A stretch of 64,000 nt of DNA from assembly GCF_009914755.1 (NCBI RefSeq), contig NC_060930.1; one strand, written 5' to 3'. Shown here piece after piece: positions 62,444 to 64,000 of this stretch. Position 1 is the first letter of the stretch; every line of letters starts with the position of its first letter. The position numbers and the translations under genes were made by a program. The DNA comes from the human T2T-CHM13v2.0 reference genome, Homo sapiens. The notes beneath the pieces are model-generated. The model was not told where the DNA came from. It saw only the letters and a list, made by a program, of their open reading frames with translations, and ran no database searches.

Positions 62444-64000
<1,557 letters not shown>

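Overview
Primate (almost certainly human) genomic DNA. It is very Alu-dense: about 110 Alu/FLAM pieces counted by eye, roughly 45% of the window. It also holds four solo LTRs (MER41-type, LTR12C, MER11, MER21-type), old L1/L2/MIR fragments and hAT DNA-transposon remnants. The only protein-coding sequence I can support is the last coding exon of SLC17A5 (sialin), minus strand 62444-62581, reading [45 protein letters not shown]. It is not in the supplied ORF track. Its ~1.7 kb 3'UTR ends near 60745 and its last intron runs off the right edge. From recalled 6q13 gene order the rest is the interval between SLC17A5 and EEF1A1, but EEF1A1 is not in the window. The supplied ORFs are nearly all repeat-derived artefacts. 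I found no evidence of a new multi-gene system. The best observations are small-scale: a ~230 bp inverted templated duplication spanning two Alus and their linker; Alus sharing non-consensus variants (possible local gene conversion); an Alu plus unique polyadenylated tail inside one TSD; ultra-short TSD-flanked retro-insertions; two AluYa5 copies; an inverted Alu pair in the SLC17A5 3'UTR; and candidate LTR-borne and AP-1/ARE regulatory elements. All repeat-family calls come from recalled consensus sequences and were not checked against a database.
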